The notes: generated by a model not told the origin, from the sequence alone. A stretch of DNA of 64,000 bases from Camelus ferus (GCF_009834535.1 NC_045696.1:78680001-78744000), one strand, 5' to 3'; numbered from the stretch's first letter, positions 39,701-53,930 are shown. Made by a program: numbers and translations.

Positions 39701-41372
39701 TCAAAAATATAAAATAGGTGAAAATCTGGCAAAATATGGGCAAAGCTTGTACACTGAAAACTTTATTTATTAAAGATAACCTAAGTAAATAAAGAGATAA
39801 ACCTTGCCCATGGGTCAGAAGACTCAATAGCGTTAAAATATTAATTCTCCCCAAATTAATCTATACATGCAACATAATTTTAACCAAAATTCCATCAAGC
39901 TGTCTTATAAAAATTGAAAAACTGATTCCAAAATTCACGTGTGAACTCCAAGGACTGAGAATAGCCAAAATGACTTTGAAAAATTGGAAAGTCAATCCTA
40001 CCTGATTTCAAATCTTATTATAAAGCTACAGTAATCAAGATGGCATAGTATTGATACAAAAATAAACAAATTAATGGAATAGAATAGAGATTCCAAAACA
40101 GAGCCACAACATATGAATAAAATATTCTGACAAAGATGCAAAAGTAATTAATTCAGTAGAGAAAAGACTTTAAGCAAATGGTACTGGAGAAAAATTGTAA
40201 ATTTATTTGCAAAAAAAAAAAAAAGAATTCTAATCCATACTTTGGAACATATACAAAAATTTACTCAAGTTGGATCATAGCCTTAGCATAAAATCTGGGA
40301 CTAAAATTTAATAAAAAAGAGAGAAAGTCTTTGTGACCTTAGATGAGGTTAGATATGACACCAAAAGCACAATTCATAAAATAGTAAAATGGTAAGCTAG
40401 ATGTCATCAAAATTAATAACTTCTATTATTTAAAAGATATTGTTTAGGAGAATAAAAAGACAAGCCACAGATTAAGAGAAAGTATTAGAAATCATATATC
40501 TGATGAAGGACTTGTATATGGAATATATAAAGTACTTTGAAAACTTAATAATAAGAAAACACACAACCCAATAAAAATTTGGCGAAAGATCTGAACAGAA
40601 ATTTCACCAAAGAAGATACGTGGGTGGCAAATAAGCAAATGAAAAGATGCTAAACATCATTAGTCATTAGAGACATACACATTAAAATCACAATGATATT
40701 ACCCCTACAAACCTATTAGAATGATTAAAAGACTAACTATATCAAGTGTTGGCAAGAATGTGGAGAAATTGGAACTTGTATATGTTGCTGATTGGAATGT
40801 GAAATGGTCAATAACTTTGGAAACCAGTTTGACAGGTTCTTAAAAAGTCTTTATACATCTACCATAACATCCAGTGCTTTAACTCATAAGTATTTGCTCA
40901 AAATAAAAGAAAGCATATAACCATAAAAAGATTTGTACACAAATGTTCATAGAGCTTTACATGGGATAGCAAAAAAACTGGAAACAACAGAAAGACCTGG
41001 ATTTGAATGGAATTGTAACTACTGTCACAAATAACACAGAGGAATCCCAAAATTACATTAGATGAAAGAAGAAAAAAAGAGTACATATCATAAAATTCCA
41101 TTTATATAAAACTGTAGAAAATAAAAACCAATAAAAAATGACAGAAGGCATAACAGTAGTTACTTGGTGATAAGAAAGAGGTCAAGAGAAGTGAGAGGGA
41201 GGGATTACCAAGGGGCATGGGGAAATGTTTGGGGATGATGGATATGTCCACTATCCTGATTGTTGTGCTGTTTGACAATGTATAAATAAATATAAACAAA
41301 TTCAATCTTATCAAATCGTATATTTTAAGTAGGCATTGTACATTGTATGCCAATTATATCTCAAGTTGTTAA
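36760..41372 (+). mobile_element. Composite fossil L1 (inter-ORF region, ORF2 and 3' UTR)
   Basis: Endonuclease-region motif aaagaaggctggagtggctatattaatatcaga; RT-region ttctatgaggccaacattac; 3' end attgtatgccaattatatctcaa. Confidence 0.9.
38255..38845 (+). mobile_element. Internal L1 ORF2 fragment nested in the older L1
   Basis: Well-preserved ORF2 peptide LIYRLNSSPIRIP...LTRPNFKTYYK; out of register with the flanking L1, whose own copy of this segment lies at about 39775-40340. Confidence 0.75.
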
Positions 41373-41850
41373 AAGAGAGGTACTTCCCTCACCAAACCAA
41401 GAACATGTGATAGAAAATTTTTGAAAGAGCTTTCTCTCTTGATTACCATAATCAAAAGTAAATGTCAAGCCTAAAACAAAGTAGCAGCAGCCCACAATTT
41501 TCTTGAAATCATCCATCTTTTACCAAAATTCCTAGCACAAACAGCAATACAGCAACACTTAGAATGTTAAAATAAATTTAAAGGTCCTCTAACTCATGAT
41601 AATGTACAAACTTTCTCATGGAATCTCTCCAATATTGAATGACATGAATAAAAACTGGTTCCCCACTTGAATTAATGATGTAACAGTTTCTGAAACATTC
41701 CTACTTTAAGTCTTTGATCAGGTTGTTTCACCAGCACGGAATTCCTATCCCTGACTTCTGCTCCATCCAAATGCCTATGATTCCTTTATAATCCATCCCA
41801 AATGCCATCTCTTCTACAAAGTGCTCCTTGGTGAATATAATCCTTTATTC

Positions 41851-42054
41851 CAGGAGTAGGCAAACTATCGTCCTGGCCTGCTGCTTGGTTTTATAAACAG
41901 CGTTTTACTGGAACACAGCCATACCCATGTATTGTCTATCCATGGCTGCTTTCATGATACCATGGCAGAGTTGTATAGTTATGACAGAGACTGCATGGCC
42001 CACAAAACTACATTTATCATATGGCCCTTTACAAGTGAACTTTTCTGATTCCAG
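41851..42054 (+). mobile_element. MER58A-like hAT-Charlie MITE
   Basis: caggagtaggcaaactat...ttttactggaacacagcca...atggccctttaca; reverse-complement homolog of 1219-1447. Confidence 0.85.
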
Positions 42055-42359
42055 TTTTATTCCTTTTAATTCCCATACTTCATATCTCTCTTAAGCAGCA
42101 TTCATTATATTATCCATCTTCCTAACCTACGTTTAAGATCCTCAAGGGCAGGGACTCAATTATAAGCCCTACACAGTGATTTGCACTTAGTTCTCAATAA
42201 ACATCTGTTAAATCAGCTTACATACAATGTATGAATGCAAAAGAGTTAAATCAATAGCAAACACTAACTAGGATGAGTTCTATTAATTGTGGAATAAGAG
42301 CGTACTACGTTCATCAGGTTAGGCTATGGTAATGCAACAACCTTTACCTACAGCTACCA

Positions 42360-42790
42360 AAGGATGTTAGAGTTGGAACAGGCTTTAGAGGTCATCAGAT
42401 CCAATCTATACCCCTTTAGCTGAAAACCTAAGGGCCAGAGAGTTTAAGTGATTAGACAAAGATAAAATAAATAGTGTGTAGAACAAAAACTAAAACTCAT
42501 GTGTGCTAGAAATAATGGAACCAGATAGGTCCATAGGCAGGGCAGGCTTCAAGAGATCCTAATTCCCTTAAATTGCATAGCATGCAAAATTTTGTGTATA
42601 TGCATATAAATATCTTCTTGGGAAGGGTTTTATATTCTCATCAGTCAAAAAGAGTTCACAATCCTAAAATAGTTAAGAAAAAACAAAACTGAGGAAAAGA
42701 TACTTTTGGAGAATCACTGATTATTATCATCTAGTTAAGTAGCAAAGCCATGACTGGCTCATAGGTCTAATCATCCCTGTGTTCTTCATT
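42360..42790. mobile_element. MIR fragments with an intervening short hAT-Charlie-type element (about 42525-42680)
   Basis: gaaaacctaagggccagagagtttaagtga (MIR); atgcaaaattttgtgtatatgcata...tagttaagaa (hAT MITE). Confidence 0.5.
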
Positions 42791-43203
42791 ATGTCCAAGG
42801 CAGAAGCAATACACAGTCGGCCAGTGTAAAGAGCCACTGAGAACAGGAATTCAAGCAATCCAGGCATCCCTCTTTGTTTTCCCCTAGGGATCCTTCAGTG
42901 TGTAAGTACTTCTGCAATACTAATCAAACCAATCAAACCAAGATTATGTGTGTGTGCGTGTTGGAGGAAGGGGGAGAAGATGATAGCAAATGTTAAGGGC
43001 AAAAGTTCTGTATTTCCTATTTTTCCTATTTTAAGTAACACTCCAAAGAGGTTATTTGGTGTAGGTGAAGAAGCATAACTTAATGATAGCTGTCATATAA
43101 CTTATTATCATTATCATTCTATTTTTAGAAAATCTGTCCAAAAAAATCTTCCGATAAAATGAATCAGTGAGACTGATGAATTAATACAAGTACTCACACT
43201 CAC

Positions 43204-43345
43204 TGCGGCATAAAGCTTCTATACATAATGGGCAATACTTTCATGCAGTCTAAATACTAATGTGCATTGCCTCCAAATAGCATTACTATTGCCAAACTTA
43301 TCAGACCACACTTGAAATGGAACTTGAAAAGCCGTGAAAGTTACA
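43204..43345 (-). other. Candidate non-coding/poison cassette exon
   Basis: Minus strand: tttgtttattttgttttgttttaagtag|TGTAAC...TGCCGCA|gtgagtgtgagta; stops in all three frames. Confidence 0.25.
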
Positions 43346-43599
43346 CTACTTAAAACAAAACAAAATAAACAAAGCACTTATTTGAAAGTTCTAGTGAAAG
43401 GAAATTATGGGAATAAGAGAATCGGTTAAAGAGGCTAAAAACAATATAAACATACATAAATTTCATTCACAGTACTCAAAAAAATATAAAATAGGGCTAT
43501 TTTCAGCAAGAATGGTCACAGAAACTTTTTGTAGAAAACACTAAAACTTTTTTTTAGTAAGAATTCTTAATATTACATTAAAAGTTACTATTATATTTA

Positions 43600-44480
43600 A
43601 TGAAATCCCAATTAGAATCTCAACTTTTGTCCTTAATCAGATAAAAGTATCTTAGATTTATAAGGAAGAGTAGATGCCCAAAATTTGAAGAAAAAAAGTT
43701 GCTGGAAGGTATATGCACATATCAGAACTAACTGAAAAAAAAAACCCTCTATTTTCCAATCATGGAATTAACATAAGAACTGACAAAGAGCATCAGATAC
43801 TATGATTACTATCAAATAAATAATCTCCCCAATAATGAGACCAGTGGAGAGAAGAGTCAATGGTTTAAGAAATGGTACTAGCAAAACTAAATATATGTCT
43901 GAAGGAAAATAAAATTAGATGACTATTCTACATCATATCTTTAAAAATATCGGATTAAAGACTTGAATATAAAACAACAAAAACTCTGCAAGAAAATACT
44001 GCATATTGTATGTATAATGTAGTATTTTGAAAGACTTTCATTATCAAGAATGAATATATTAGAAAATTATAAAAGCAAACAGGTAAATATCAAACTATAC
44101 AAAGCTCTGAAATATCTGTATGGTAAACAACAAACAACTCAATCAACAAACTATAAATTTAGGGAAATATTAAATAAAGAGGGTAATTAAACTTTATGTT
44201 ATAAAAGAGTTCTTAAACCTTGGTATGGTAGATATAAACAACTCAATAAAAAATGAGCAATTAAGTGGCTATTTACTTAGGAAATTCAAATGGGGAGGGG
44301 TAAAAACATTAAAAAGAAGCTCAAACTCAGAGATTTCCAAATTAAAGAAACAATAAGCTATCATTTCACACCTACCAGACTAGCAAACATTTAAAAGACT
44401 GATTACAGCTATTATTAGGCAGATGAGCCAAAAAGTGTATTCTCATACAATGCTAGGATAAATGGTATGAAAAAAGAGTT
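43600..44480 (+). mobile_element. Decayed L1ME-like ORF2 3' fragment
   Basis: tttaagaaatggtactagcaaaact; tatcatttcacacctaccagactagcaaacatttaaaagactga. Confidence 0.65.
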
Positions 44481-46797
44481 ATATTTAAAACAAAACCTGG
44501 TTAGCATTTCTGTTTTATACACACACATACGTGTTATATGTTAAAAATACATTTATTGGTAATTAACCATGAATACTATTGCTGAATATCTTTTCAACTG
44601 ATGTCTAATACACATTTGTTAATATATTTTAATGAGGCTATCTATGAGCAATGTATTTTTGTAGAATTAAAGGGAAAAAGATATCCCAAATTATATGATT
44701 TCTAAAACTGACTCATTTTTTATCACAGTTTGAACAAGTGATATTATAAAATTTTTTCTATATTTATTATGGATTGTTTAAATAGCAATATTAATAGACT
44801 ATGTGTAACCACATAGTACATAAGATACTACTGTTTTTCTAATGCTTAAATTCTCAGAAACATTGTTAGAGACTGTCACTAGGGGGGAGCCTTGTTTTCC
44901 AAAGGCTGACTTTAAATTACCATAAATCTTACAATTGTATATTTCTATTAATAAAAGTATATCAAAAGACACAATTCAAAACACAAGACAAAATTTCACA
45001 TTCTAATTCAGTCATAAGTTTCTGAAAACAAAACCAATCAATATTCATAAAATATAGTGTTAAAGGTAATTTTAAGTTTTGTATCATATACATCACAAAG
45101 TTTCCACATGTAAAATGGAAAATGGTAAGCCATATTTTAATTTAAACCAATAATTGAGGTATTTTTCTTTTCAGTTCAATGTTATAACTATTCAATTCCT
45201 CGTTATACTCTTCGTGTCTAGGTATACATAGCCAATGACTTTTCTCCATTAATCTATGAAACCCCTTCTCTTTTTCACCACCTTCATGCTACAGTTGTTC
45301 CTTAACAGTTTCCATAGAAATACTCACAGATAACAGTGAAAGAACATGTATAGTTCCTTAGGACAATTATTCCCTATTCTATGATGTTTATAAACCAAGA
45401 GTATTAAGTCTCTTTAGCTCATTGACTTTCCAGTTTTAATCCTTCCCCAGGGTAAACCTATATGTGGGTAATTTTTTCTCTAGGGCACTTGCAGATTTGT
45501 TCCTGATAATAACAGACTAGCTAAGCTACAGCATGCAAATTCCTGCTCTGGAAGCATGTTTTAATGCCGTAACTGTTATTATTTCAAAAACAAATTAAAC
45601 AAGGGAGTCCTGTAGAAAGCCAATTAACCAATTTAGGCAGCAACTAAATGCAAATCACTGCCCCTTACTTTCACCCAACATGACGTTTCATGATTTTAAG
45701 ATGTCAGTCTCTAAGTCTACATCTATAGCAGGTGACTGTTTAAAAGTGACTCAAGGTGCCTATACAAGCATTCCACTGGGATGCATAAGTTAAATATGAG
45801 TTCTGATTTATTTTCACTTCCTAACTCTGCCATGTGGTTTCATTCTTTTAGTATACTATTATAAACAAAATTGGACAAATATGTAGAAAGAGCACAGCAC
45901 TAAAAATCTCAGAACAAGATTATAACCTCAACTCTGTATCAAGGAAACTATATTTGGTCCAAAAGTTACATGACAGAATGACCATAAGAAAGACTATTTC
46001 ATAAATTCAAGACTTTGTGCACATCTTGAAACAAACTTAGTACTTATGGACAATTTTGCTGTTCGTTTTGCTCTTTCATTTTTAAAGAACTTTAGTCCTG
46101 ATCATAAGCCATTCGAGGTCAATTTCAACAGGATATATTTAGTGAGACCTAGTTCAAAAGACATCTGATCCCTGAGACTCCCATATTTTCCCTAGACAGT
46201 TTCTTCAGTAACTCCTCCTCAGTAATTTCCATTTAAAACACTTACATTTATTGAACCATGTTCAACCAATCTGGGTATAATTCATGAAATCACTTCAGTC
46301 AATGCACAAACATGTATTCAGTAATCAGCAGAAAAAATAAACACAATGTAATAGATAAATATTGACACTGACAAGTAAGTAATGGTTTATAAGGATCCAT
46401 TTCTAAGCATTTGTGTACTGTTATTAAAAATTAACCTTAGCATTTCAATAACATGCAACATATATAGTTTATCTCAAAGTTTATATAGCACACAAACATG
46501 TTTTAAGAATTTTACTTATTTATAAGCATTTATATACTGAGGAAATATTTTAAGCATAAAATAAGTGGACCACTGGAATAAATTTATAGAAAATTCGGAC
46601 ATTGCAATAAAACATTAGGGGAATGATCAAATTGACTACAAAACAGATATGAAACTAAAGAAAAGAGAGGAAGACTGAAAATGAGAAAAGCAAAATACCA
46701 CAGGACAAATACAAGCAAGTATTAAAGGAAAATAACAGCCCAACTCAGGAAAAACACATTATAACTGATCTCTATAAAGCTCTTAGACATTACGTAC

Positions 46798-46873
46798 CTC
46801 TCCGGCTGCATTCTATCAGTAGTAACTGTTTTTACATCAAAAAGACTGTCTATTTTTAGCCTTTGAATAAACA
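46798..46873 (-). other. Candidate 76-nt exon
   Basis: Minus strand: ctgtccttgtgatttttaag|TGTTT...CCGGAGAG|gtacgt; open frame FIQRLKIDSLFDVKTVTTDRMQPE, protein not recognised. Confidence 0.25.
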
Positions 46874-47119
46874 CTTAAAAATCACAAGGACAGATATTTG
46901 GCAAAACCTGCTTTACACTTTAATAAACTTAGATGGGGTCCTTGACAAGTAATGATGTTATTCTCATAAGAACTTGATGATTTTATTCATTAAGTATTAC
47001 ATTTGGAAAGAACAATAATACTTTTATGTTAAGAATGTAGAATTTGAATAAATAAAATGCATTAATACTTTGGTGTTACTTTGTAAGATGTGTCTGTACC
47101 AATAGTGTATGTATGTTTT

Positions 47120-47535
47120 CCCCTCAGAGCTAGAGATACCTATTCTGGAATAGCATCTCTGGCATGGCTTAACCACTGTTTCCTCTGCTCATCTCGTTGA
47201 CTAAATTCCTTAATGACAGGACTTTCTAATCTTTTTATCTTAATATCCCTGCACTTAGCATAAGGCCCTACATATTCTAGGGTCTCATTAAATCTTGTTT
47301 TGTTTTGTTTTGTTTTGTTTTGTTTTTGATGAATAGATGAGTGGATGTACTGATGGACTAGGCTTACAAAGGGAAGAGAGGAGGAGGACAGGAGTTGGCG
47401 AGGAGAAGTATTCCATCCTGAGGCTGTGAATTCCTTGAGAAAGAGCTCTTTATTATTCACATTAATCATTTCAGCAGTTAGTGTGCTATCTAGCACATAT
47501 TAAATCTTCAAATAATGTTTGCTGAATGAATGAGT
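47120..47535 (+). mobile_element. Two L2 3' tails with a (TTTTG)n tract at about 47295-47327
   Basis: tatccctgcacttagcataaggccc...; aataatgtttgctgaatgaatgagtg. Confidence 0.6.
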
Positions 47536-50500
47536 GCGTGATTTATGTTAGAATTTCACTGAGCATGTGATTCTTACAAGTGTAAATTTGTATCATTAAT
47601 TAGAAACTTAGTCAATCTTTTCATAGATTATCTTTTCTGTTCTACTTTTAGTACCCATAACTACTTTTCTATGAAACTAAAATATTTCACAAACCATACA
47701 AATTAGACATTATTTTTATGATAATCCTTTACATATCTTACTCATTCACTAATTTAATACATTCTCTAAAATGCATTTTATATGCTGCAACATCAATATT
47801 GTCCACTTTGTTTTCTGCAAATAGTTCACTTTCTTTCCCTTTTAAATACTTTATGAAAATAAATTTTACGTTAATCAAATCAGTTTATCTTTTCCTTAAT
47901 GACATGTGTCTTTGCTTTTAGACTTTGAAATTCCTTTCCCCCTCAAATGTTTGAAAAATCCTCCATTTGACTTTTTCTAAGGCAACAGTGGCTTGATTCT
48001 TTTTTTATTTTACTATTATCCAGTTGGAGTTTATTTTGTTATAAACTATTAGGTAAGGATCTAAATATTTTCCTAATCCCTAGGAAAACACCATTTAAAT
48101 ATTATTTCTCTCTTCAGAAATTTGAGTTGTCTCCTTAATAATAGCTTATACTCTTACATACAACCAAGTCTTATTCAAAGGGTAATATCTACGTCCGGTT
48201 GTGGATGACTAACAGACAGGAACTGTGACGATGTAACACTCTGCAGGAATACAACGGAATAAACTCAGGAGCACTTAATAAATGCTTTCTCTTTATAAAA
48301 TTCTCAGTTATTTTACCCGCTGAGATTTAAATATAATAATGAAAATGTGTATGTAGTTCTCCTGTGGTACACTAGAAGACTTCTGAAAGCAGAACACGTG
48401 TCTCATTCATTTTTAGATCCCACATGCGTAGCATATTGTCTGATACAGAGGCTCAGCAAGCATTGGTGAAATGAACAGAATTATGGCAAGACTGAAAGAG
48501 TGCCATGAGAAGAAAGATGGTTTAAATGCAGGAAGGTGGAAGATTTTTCCAAGTAAATGAAAGAAGTTAAGCTGTAGCAGGAGAATTTTATAAGAAACAC
48601 AAAACTACAAAGATTTCATCAGCTTTCTATTCACACAAATTACTATGTAAATATTGATTTTCAAACAACTTCCCTTTATAGGTTAGTTTAGGTTGGTTCA
48701 CACTCTAAGTAATAGCAAAAATCGCTCTGGCAAAACACACTTTAATTCTCATTCCCCATTAACTAGTACATACAAATTCTTCAGTCAAAAATTTTCACCT
48801 CTAATGACTTGAGAATGTTTCATTTATAAATGGAAATTTGTGAGCCTAATTTTCAAACTCTGAAATCTCATGACTACATTCAGTGTTTTTAAAGGAAACC
48901 TAATTTCAACTTTGTTAATCAAAATTTGTGAATCAATGGTCCGAGGAAATTTTCACTAGAAATATGTTAAATTCAGTGAGGCATCATTTAGAGAACGTAT
49001 GTAACTTCCATTAAGCTGAGTTGTGAAAGGATGAGATGCTACTTAATATTGGACTTAAAATACACATTCATCATGAAAACTTTATTTCAAATAATATCTA
49101 ATTAAATACTGAATTCCAAAAGAATCCTGCCAAATTTTACATCATTCTCATGAAGTAAGGCAATCTCTTTATTATGAATTTAATTTACAATGGCTGTTAA
49201 ATGTGTCTAGGCACATCATTATCTTTTCAGTAAGAACAACTGGCTGGCAAGTAAACAGTAATCATGAAAAGGCAAGGATCCAAATTTCCCAACTTTGAAA
49301 CCAAACTCCACTGACATAAAAAATAATGAACGTTCACAGGAAGTAAAAGGTTTCGTTAAGAAGGTTAGGTGACTCCTATTAGCAGTCAGAGGAGGAGGAA
49401 ACAAGACGGTGGCTCTTGACACTCTGAAAAATGAGTATAGTGAAGCACGATCCTCTGCAGATTTGACTTAGGTGAGAAGAAAGTGGTGTTTTCTTGGAGA
49501 TCATCTCAGATTGCCAGAGAGACTTTCAAAATTTAACAGTCCTATTGCTTCTTGAGCTTCTGGCTGAGATCATACGTAGTAACGATCCTCAACCACTAAG
49601 CATGTCTACTGACTCAAGTTGGCAGGCAGGGCGGGGTGAACAGTAGAAGGTACCTAACATTCACAGAGATCAGTATTATTAGCCCCATTTTGCAAATTTA
49701 GGTTTGCAGCTTTTAAGAAACAAAGGGAAGAGGTGGCAGGATTTGAACACAAGTTTCTCAAATTTCAAAACTGTGCCTTTTCCACTGTACCACATTCACA
49801 AATTATCTTGTCAGAAGAAATCTGGAACATCCTAGGTATAAAATCATAGGACACTAGAACCTAAATGACATTTTTTCTCTCCTACCCACCGAAGGTAATG
49901 ATATTGGAAAGTAAACATAGATATGGAAAAAATAAACATAGATAGTATAGATGGCTTTATAAAAACAATATCTAGTTCTGCACAAAACCTGGGATTCATT
50001 TCACTGTGAGATGCAGCTTATCCCTAGCAGAAGACTAAGAACATTATGGCTGGCAAAGCACAACGATTTTGTTCTCAAGTTTAATGAAATAATAAATATA
50101 GTAAGTAAAGCAAAGAAACAAGGGTATCTTTAAATTTTAAAGCAATGGGAAATACTATAGATGGAACTTTGTGATCCCTCCTCCTTTTGCTGATACTCAC
50201 CAATTCCCCTCTACACACACAAATATACACACACTCACACTGGTACTCTCTGAAGACAAGCTTTGTTTCCAAGGCCTTGCCTCCTCAAGTACCCGGAGCA
50301 ATGCAGTGTACTTGGCTGTTCAGTAAAACTTGCTGAATGAATGGAAACAAATGATAGAGAAGTGAAATTACTCAATTTATATTTATTTCTATCAAGGAGA
50401 ATGATCCTCAAACTGGAAATGCTACAATATACATGGTTAAGAGCTAACTGAGGGCTAAGATAGATGGAGAGACAATAATGGTACCTGGCTGTCTTACATG

Positions 50501-50857
50501 AATGATTTCAGTTCCTCAGTTCCAGACAAGTTCTAACTCAGGATTTTCTCATGAAGTATAGATATGATCACTGAGTGAGCCAGAAGAATAAGACTGAAAT
50601 ATAAATTCTGATCCTCAAAAAAAGTATAGGCTAGAAACCACAGAGAATGGAGAGTCATACAATCCCTAGAAAACTTTTAGAATATATCTTTTAAAAACCA
50701 TTATTTAATGAGATGGTTTATGAGCTCTTATAAGTTTATGAGCTCTTATAAGCACTGATCATACATTCATTAAAAGGTCACATCAGATTTTAATTTTCTT
50801 TTAGTTTGTATTAGAATTGCTAACCTGGAAAATTATAGACACAACAAAGTTGTTAAA

Positions 50858-51085
50858 AGTAATGTCAGCATTCACTGAACACTTACTTTATGCCAAGCAT
50901 CAAGTATTATTTAATCCTTACAATAACCCTGAGAGGAAAAACATTGTCATTTTAAAGATGAGGAAACTTGAGTCATAAAAGTATTAAAGTAACTTATCCA
51001 AGGTCATGGAGTTAGTCAATTGTGGGTGTAGAATTCGAACCCAGAACATTCTAGAGGCTTTGCCCTTATAACCACTATGCATATA
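50858..51085 (-). mobile_element. MIR SINE
   Basis: tttaatccttacaataaccctgagagg...ttttaaagatgaggaaacttgag...aacttatccaaggtca...gaattcgaacccag. Confidence 0.85.
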
Positions 51086-51544
51086 GCCTCTTATATGATA
51101 ACTAGGAAAAAATCTTATTAAGTCTCTCATGAAATTCTTATGAAAAAGATGGAAAATAGTGTGCTGGATGACTCAGTATTTAGGGGTAGTTTTAAAGTTG
51201 GCTGAACATTTGTCCAAGATTCTGATTAGTAGAACTTTATCAATGTAGAATAGTTGTTTCTAGTATCATAATTTGTGATTCTATACTTAAACCCAAACTA
51301 TTTATAATACTGTTATCAGTGAACTGGATGAAGACACAATAGGCTTACAAAATAATGTATCTGCAGGTAGCGTAAATATTAGAGTTATAATTCATCCTTT
51401 AGAAGACAGAAAGAGTAATTTAAAAGTACCCAAGTGGTTTTAAGGAAGAACTTATATTTACATTGTTGAAATATAAAAGAAATAAATGTACAATCTTAAC
51501 TTTAACTTACAAAAATCATTTTGAAAATATAAAATACAAAATAA

Positions 51545-52430
51545 TAACTTACCATCTTAAACTATCAAACTGGTAGGCACTGCAAATAAAAGAACTGTTA
51601 GAAGGCAGCTGGGAACTTTTTATAAAAGATTTGAAAATATGCCTGTCCTTTGACCCATCAATTCTATATCTAGGGATTGTTCATGAGAAAAAATAGTTAA
51701 AATATATGAAAATATACAGTTTATTTACTTAAAATAGCTGAAATTAGAAATAACCAAAATGTCCTACAGAAAGAGTTAAAACAGAATCAATCAATGATGG
51801 GGCCATTTACACACTGGAATACTCCTCAGTCATTTAAAATGCCTCCAGAGACAAATACTTGACATAGAAAGCTGTCCACAACACAGTTCAGTGAAGTAAT
51901 CATTATAAACAGCATGCAAAATAGGATTTCATTTTTGGAGAAAAAAAAATGAAAGAGAAAGAAAGGGAGGGAGAAAGTAAAAGAAGGGAAGAGGACAGTG
52001 AGACAGAAAGAAAAGGAAAGAAAAGAGAGAAAGTGAATCTACTGATAAACTTTTTTTTCACTGTGACTCATTCTAATAAATGCATTGTACATCTTGTTCC
52101 ACACATATAAATACTTAAAACATATATACAAGTACTTTAAACATTTTCATGGAACAATACTTACTCTTTCTGTGTACAATGCTATACAATCCATATTTTT
52201 CAATTTATACTATTCTATTTCTTTTTTTAAATGCTAGTTGTAACTCACTAAGTTAACTTCAGAGCTGACTATTGGGTAGCATTCTGCAGTTTGGATCTAG
52301 ATCTAGAGATAGAAACACTGATCCAGAGACTGTCTGCAAGGATACACAATGAAGTGTTAATAGAGGCTACAATGAGTGCAATTTGGAATTTCTTTTTTGT
52401 TTTCTAATTTTTTTCTATGATGAACAAATG
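51545..52430 (+). mobile_element. L1ME-like 3' region interrupted by a hAT-Charlie-type element (about 52040-52320)
   Basis: cctttgacccatcaattcta...ctggaatactcctcagtcatttaaaat (L1); aaatgctagttgtaactcactaagtt...tattgggtagc...gcagttt...aaacactg (hAT). Confidence 0.55.
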
Positions 52431-52600
52431 AGAAATAAACGAATATGTTACATAAGAAATATAAAGTACTATAGAGATAGTAATCGTAGAGACAATAACT
52501 AATAGTTCATATAAAAAATATCTAGGTACTCTACTGGACTTAAAATAAGACAGCAGGGTATATTAGATACCAGAGAACTAATATATTCTTAGCATTAAAA

Positions 52601-52602
<2 letters not shown>

Positions 52603-52646
<44 letters not shown>
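52603..52646. repeat. Perfect (AC)22 microsatellite
   Basis: Directly visible and uninterrupted. Confidence 0.97.
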
Positions 52647-52648
<2 letters not shown>

Positions 52649-52724
52649 CCCCCTAAAACAAGGCAGGTGAGAGCTCTACTCTCTGTGTATTCAGATCCTT
52701 GTGCAAACTGCTGCATACCACATT

Positions 52725-53250
52725 TCCATTGAAGGATGTCTAGAGGAGAAACAGGATGATAAGAGTCTGTAAATTATATAACATGAAAAACATCAAGAGA
52801 ACAAAGGATCTTTGTCTAATGTCTTTTCAAATATCTTAAGGGCTTTTATTTAGATAACAGTCACAGAATAGCGTTAAGGTCCAATGCATGTAAGTCATGG
52901 AAGAGGTCTGGGTAGATTTTAGCCTCATATAAAGAGGAATTCTAACACTAGCAATGGAATGCATTGCTTCAAGTAGAAATGATACTCTTTACAATATTCT
53001 TCACAATCTGATCCCTTATTTCAAAAAATCAATCTAAATTTTTCAGTACCTGTAGGCTAGTAATATATCCAGTTCCCAGATCTCGGTCCCACCCTGTACA
53101 GATCTTTCTGGGGCTTTCTCATTGTAGTTAAATGAGCAGAACCAGCTCCCTTGAGAAGGTAATCAAGTCCCTATCAATGGCAGCGTTCAGACACATTAGT
53201 GATAACCAGTTAGTGAGGGTATTGTAGAAGAGAACTTCTGCATCAGAGAG
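52725..53250 (+). mobile_element. CR1/L3 LINE remnant
   Basis: gggtagattttagcctcatataaagaggaattctaac...gcaatggaatg; aggtaatcaagtccctatcaatggcagcgttcag resemble the CR1 3' region. Confidence 0.5.
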
Positions 53251-53479
53251 AACTAGCCAATCAGCACATTTTCTAAAATAAACACTGTGACTTTTATCTT
53301 AATGAAGAAAAATCTCCTTTGCTCATCAAAATGAACATAATTTCATAAGGATAAAAATCAGTTTGCCTAAAAGGGATTTTACAGTATAATTCCTAAATAA
53401 AAATATTTTGGTTCTTCCCTATGCATTTGTAATTCTGTGGGAAGTATTTTATGTGTGGACAAGCATATATAAATACATA

Positions 53480-53930
53480 TTATTTCATTGTCTTCTTTTT
53501 ACACAGAAGTCTTACCACACATAATGTTTTATACTTTTTTCGCATGGTAATAAATCTCAGAGTTTTTCATTTCAGTATTTAAACAGCTTCAATATTTTAT
53601 ATAGCTACATAATGTTCTATTTTATACAAGTACCATTATTTGTTTAACTAGACCCTGATTGATGGTTATTTGGTATGTTTCTAATCTTTACTATTACAAA
53701 TAATGTAACAAATAACCTTATAAACACATCATGTCTCATATGTAAGTATGTCTATAGAAATATATATTAAATACACATAATACTATATTAAAGGGGATAC
53801 GTATTGGTAATTTTCATAAATATTAATAAATCGCTCTCCAAATGACTGATATTTTAGAATTTCACCCACAATATGTGAGGGTCTTTGAATTCCCTCAGCT
53901 TCAGCAACACAGCAGTTCCACAGTGTTTTA
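53480..53930 (-). mobile_element. L1ME-like fragment, antisense
   Basis: taccattatttgtttaactagaccctgattgatggttatttgg...ctattacaaataatg. Confidence 0.7.
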
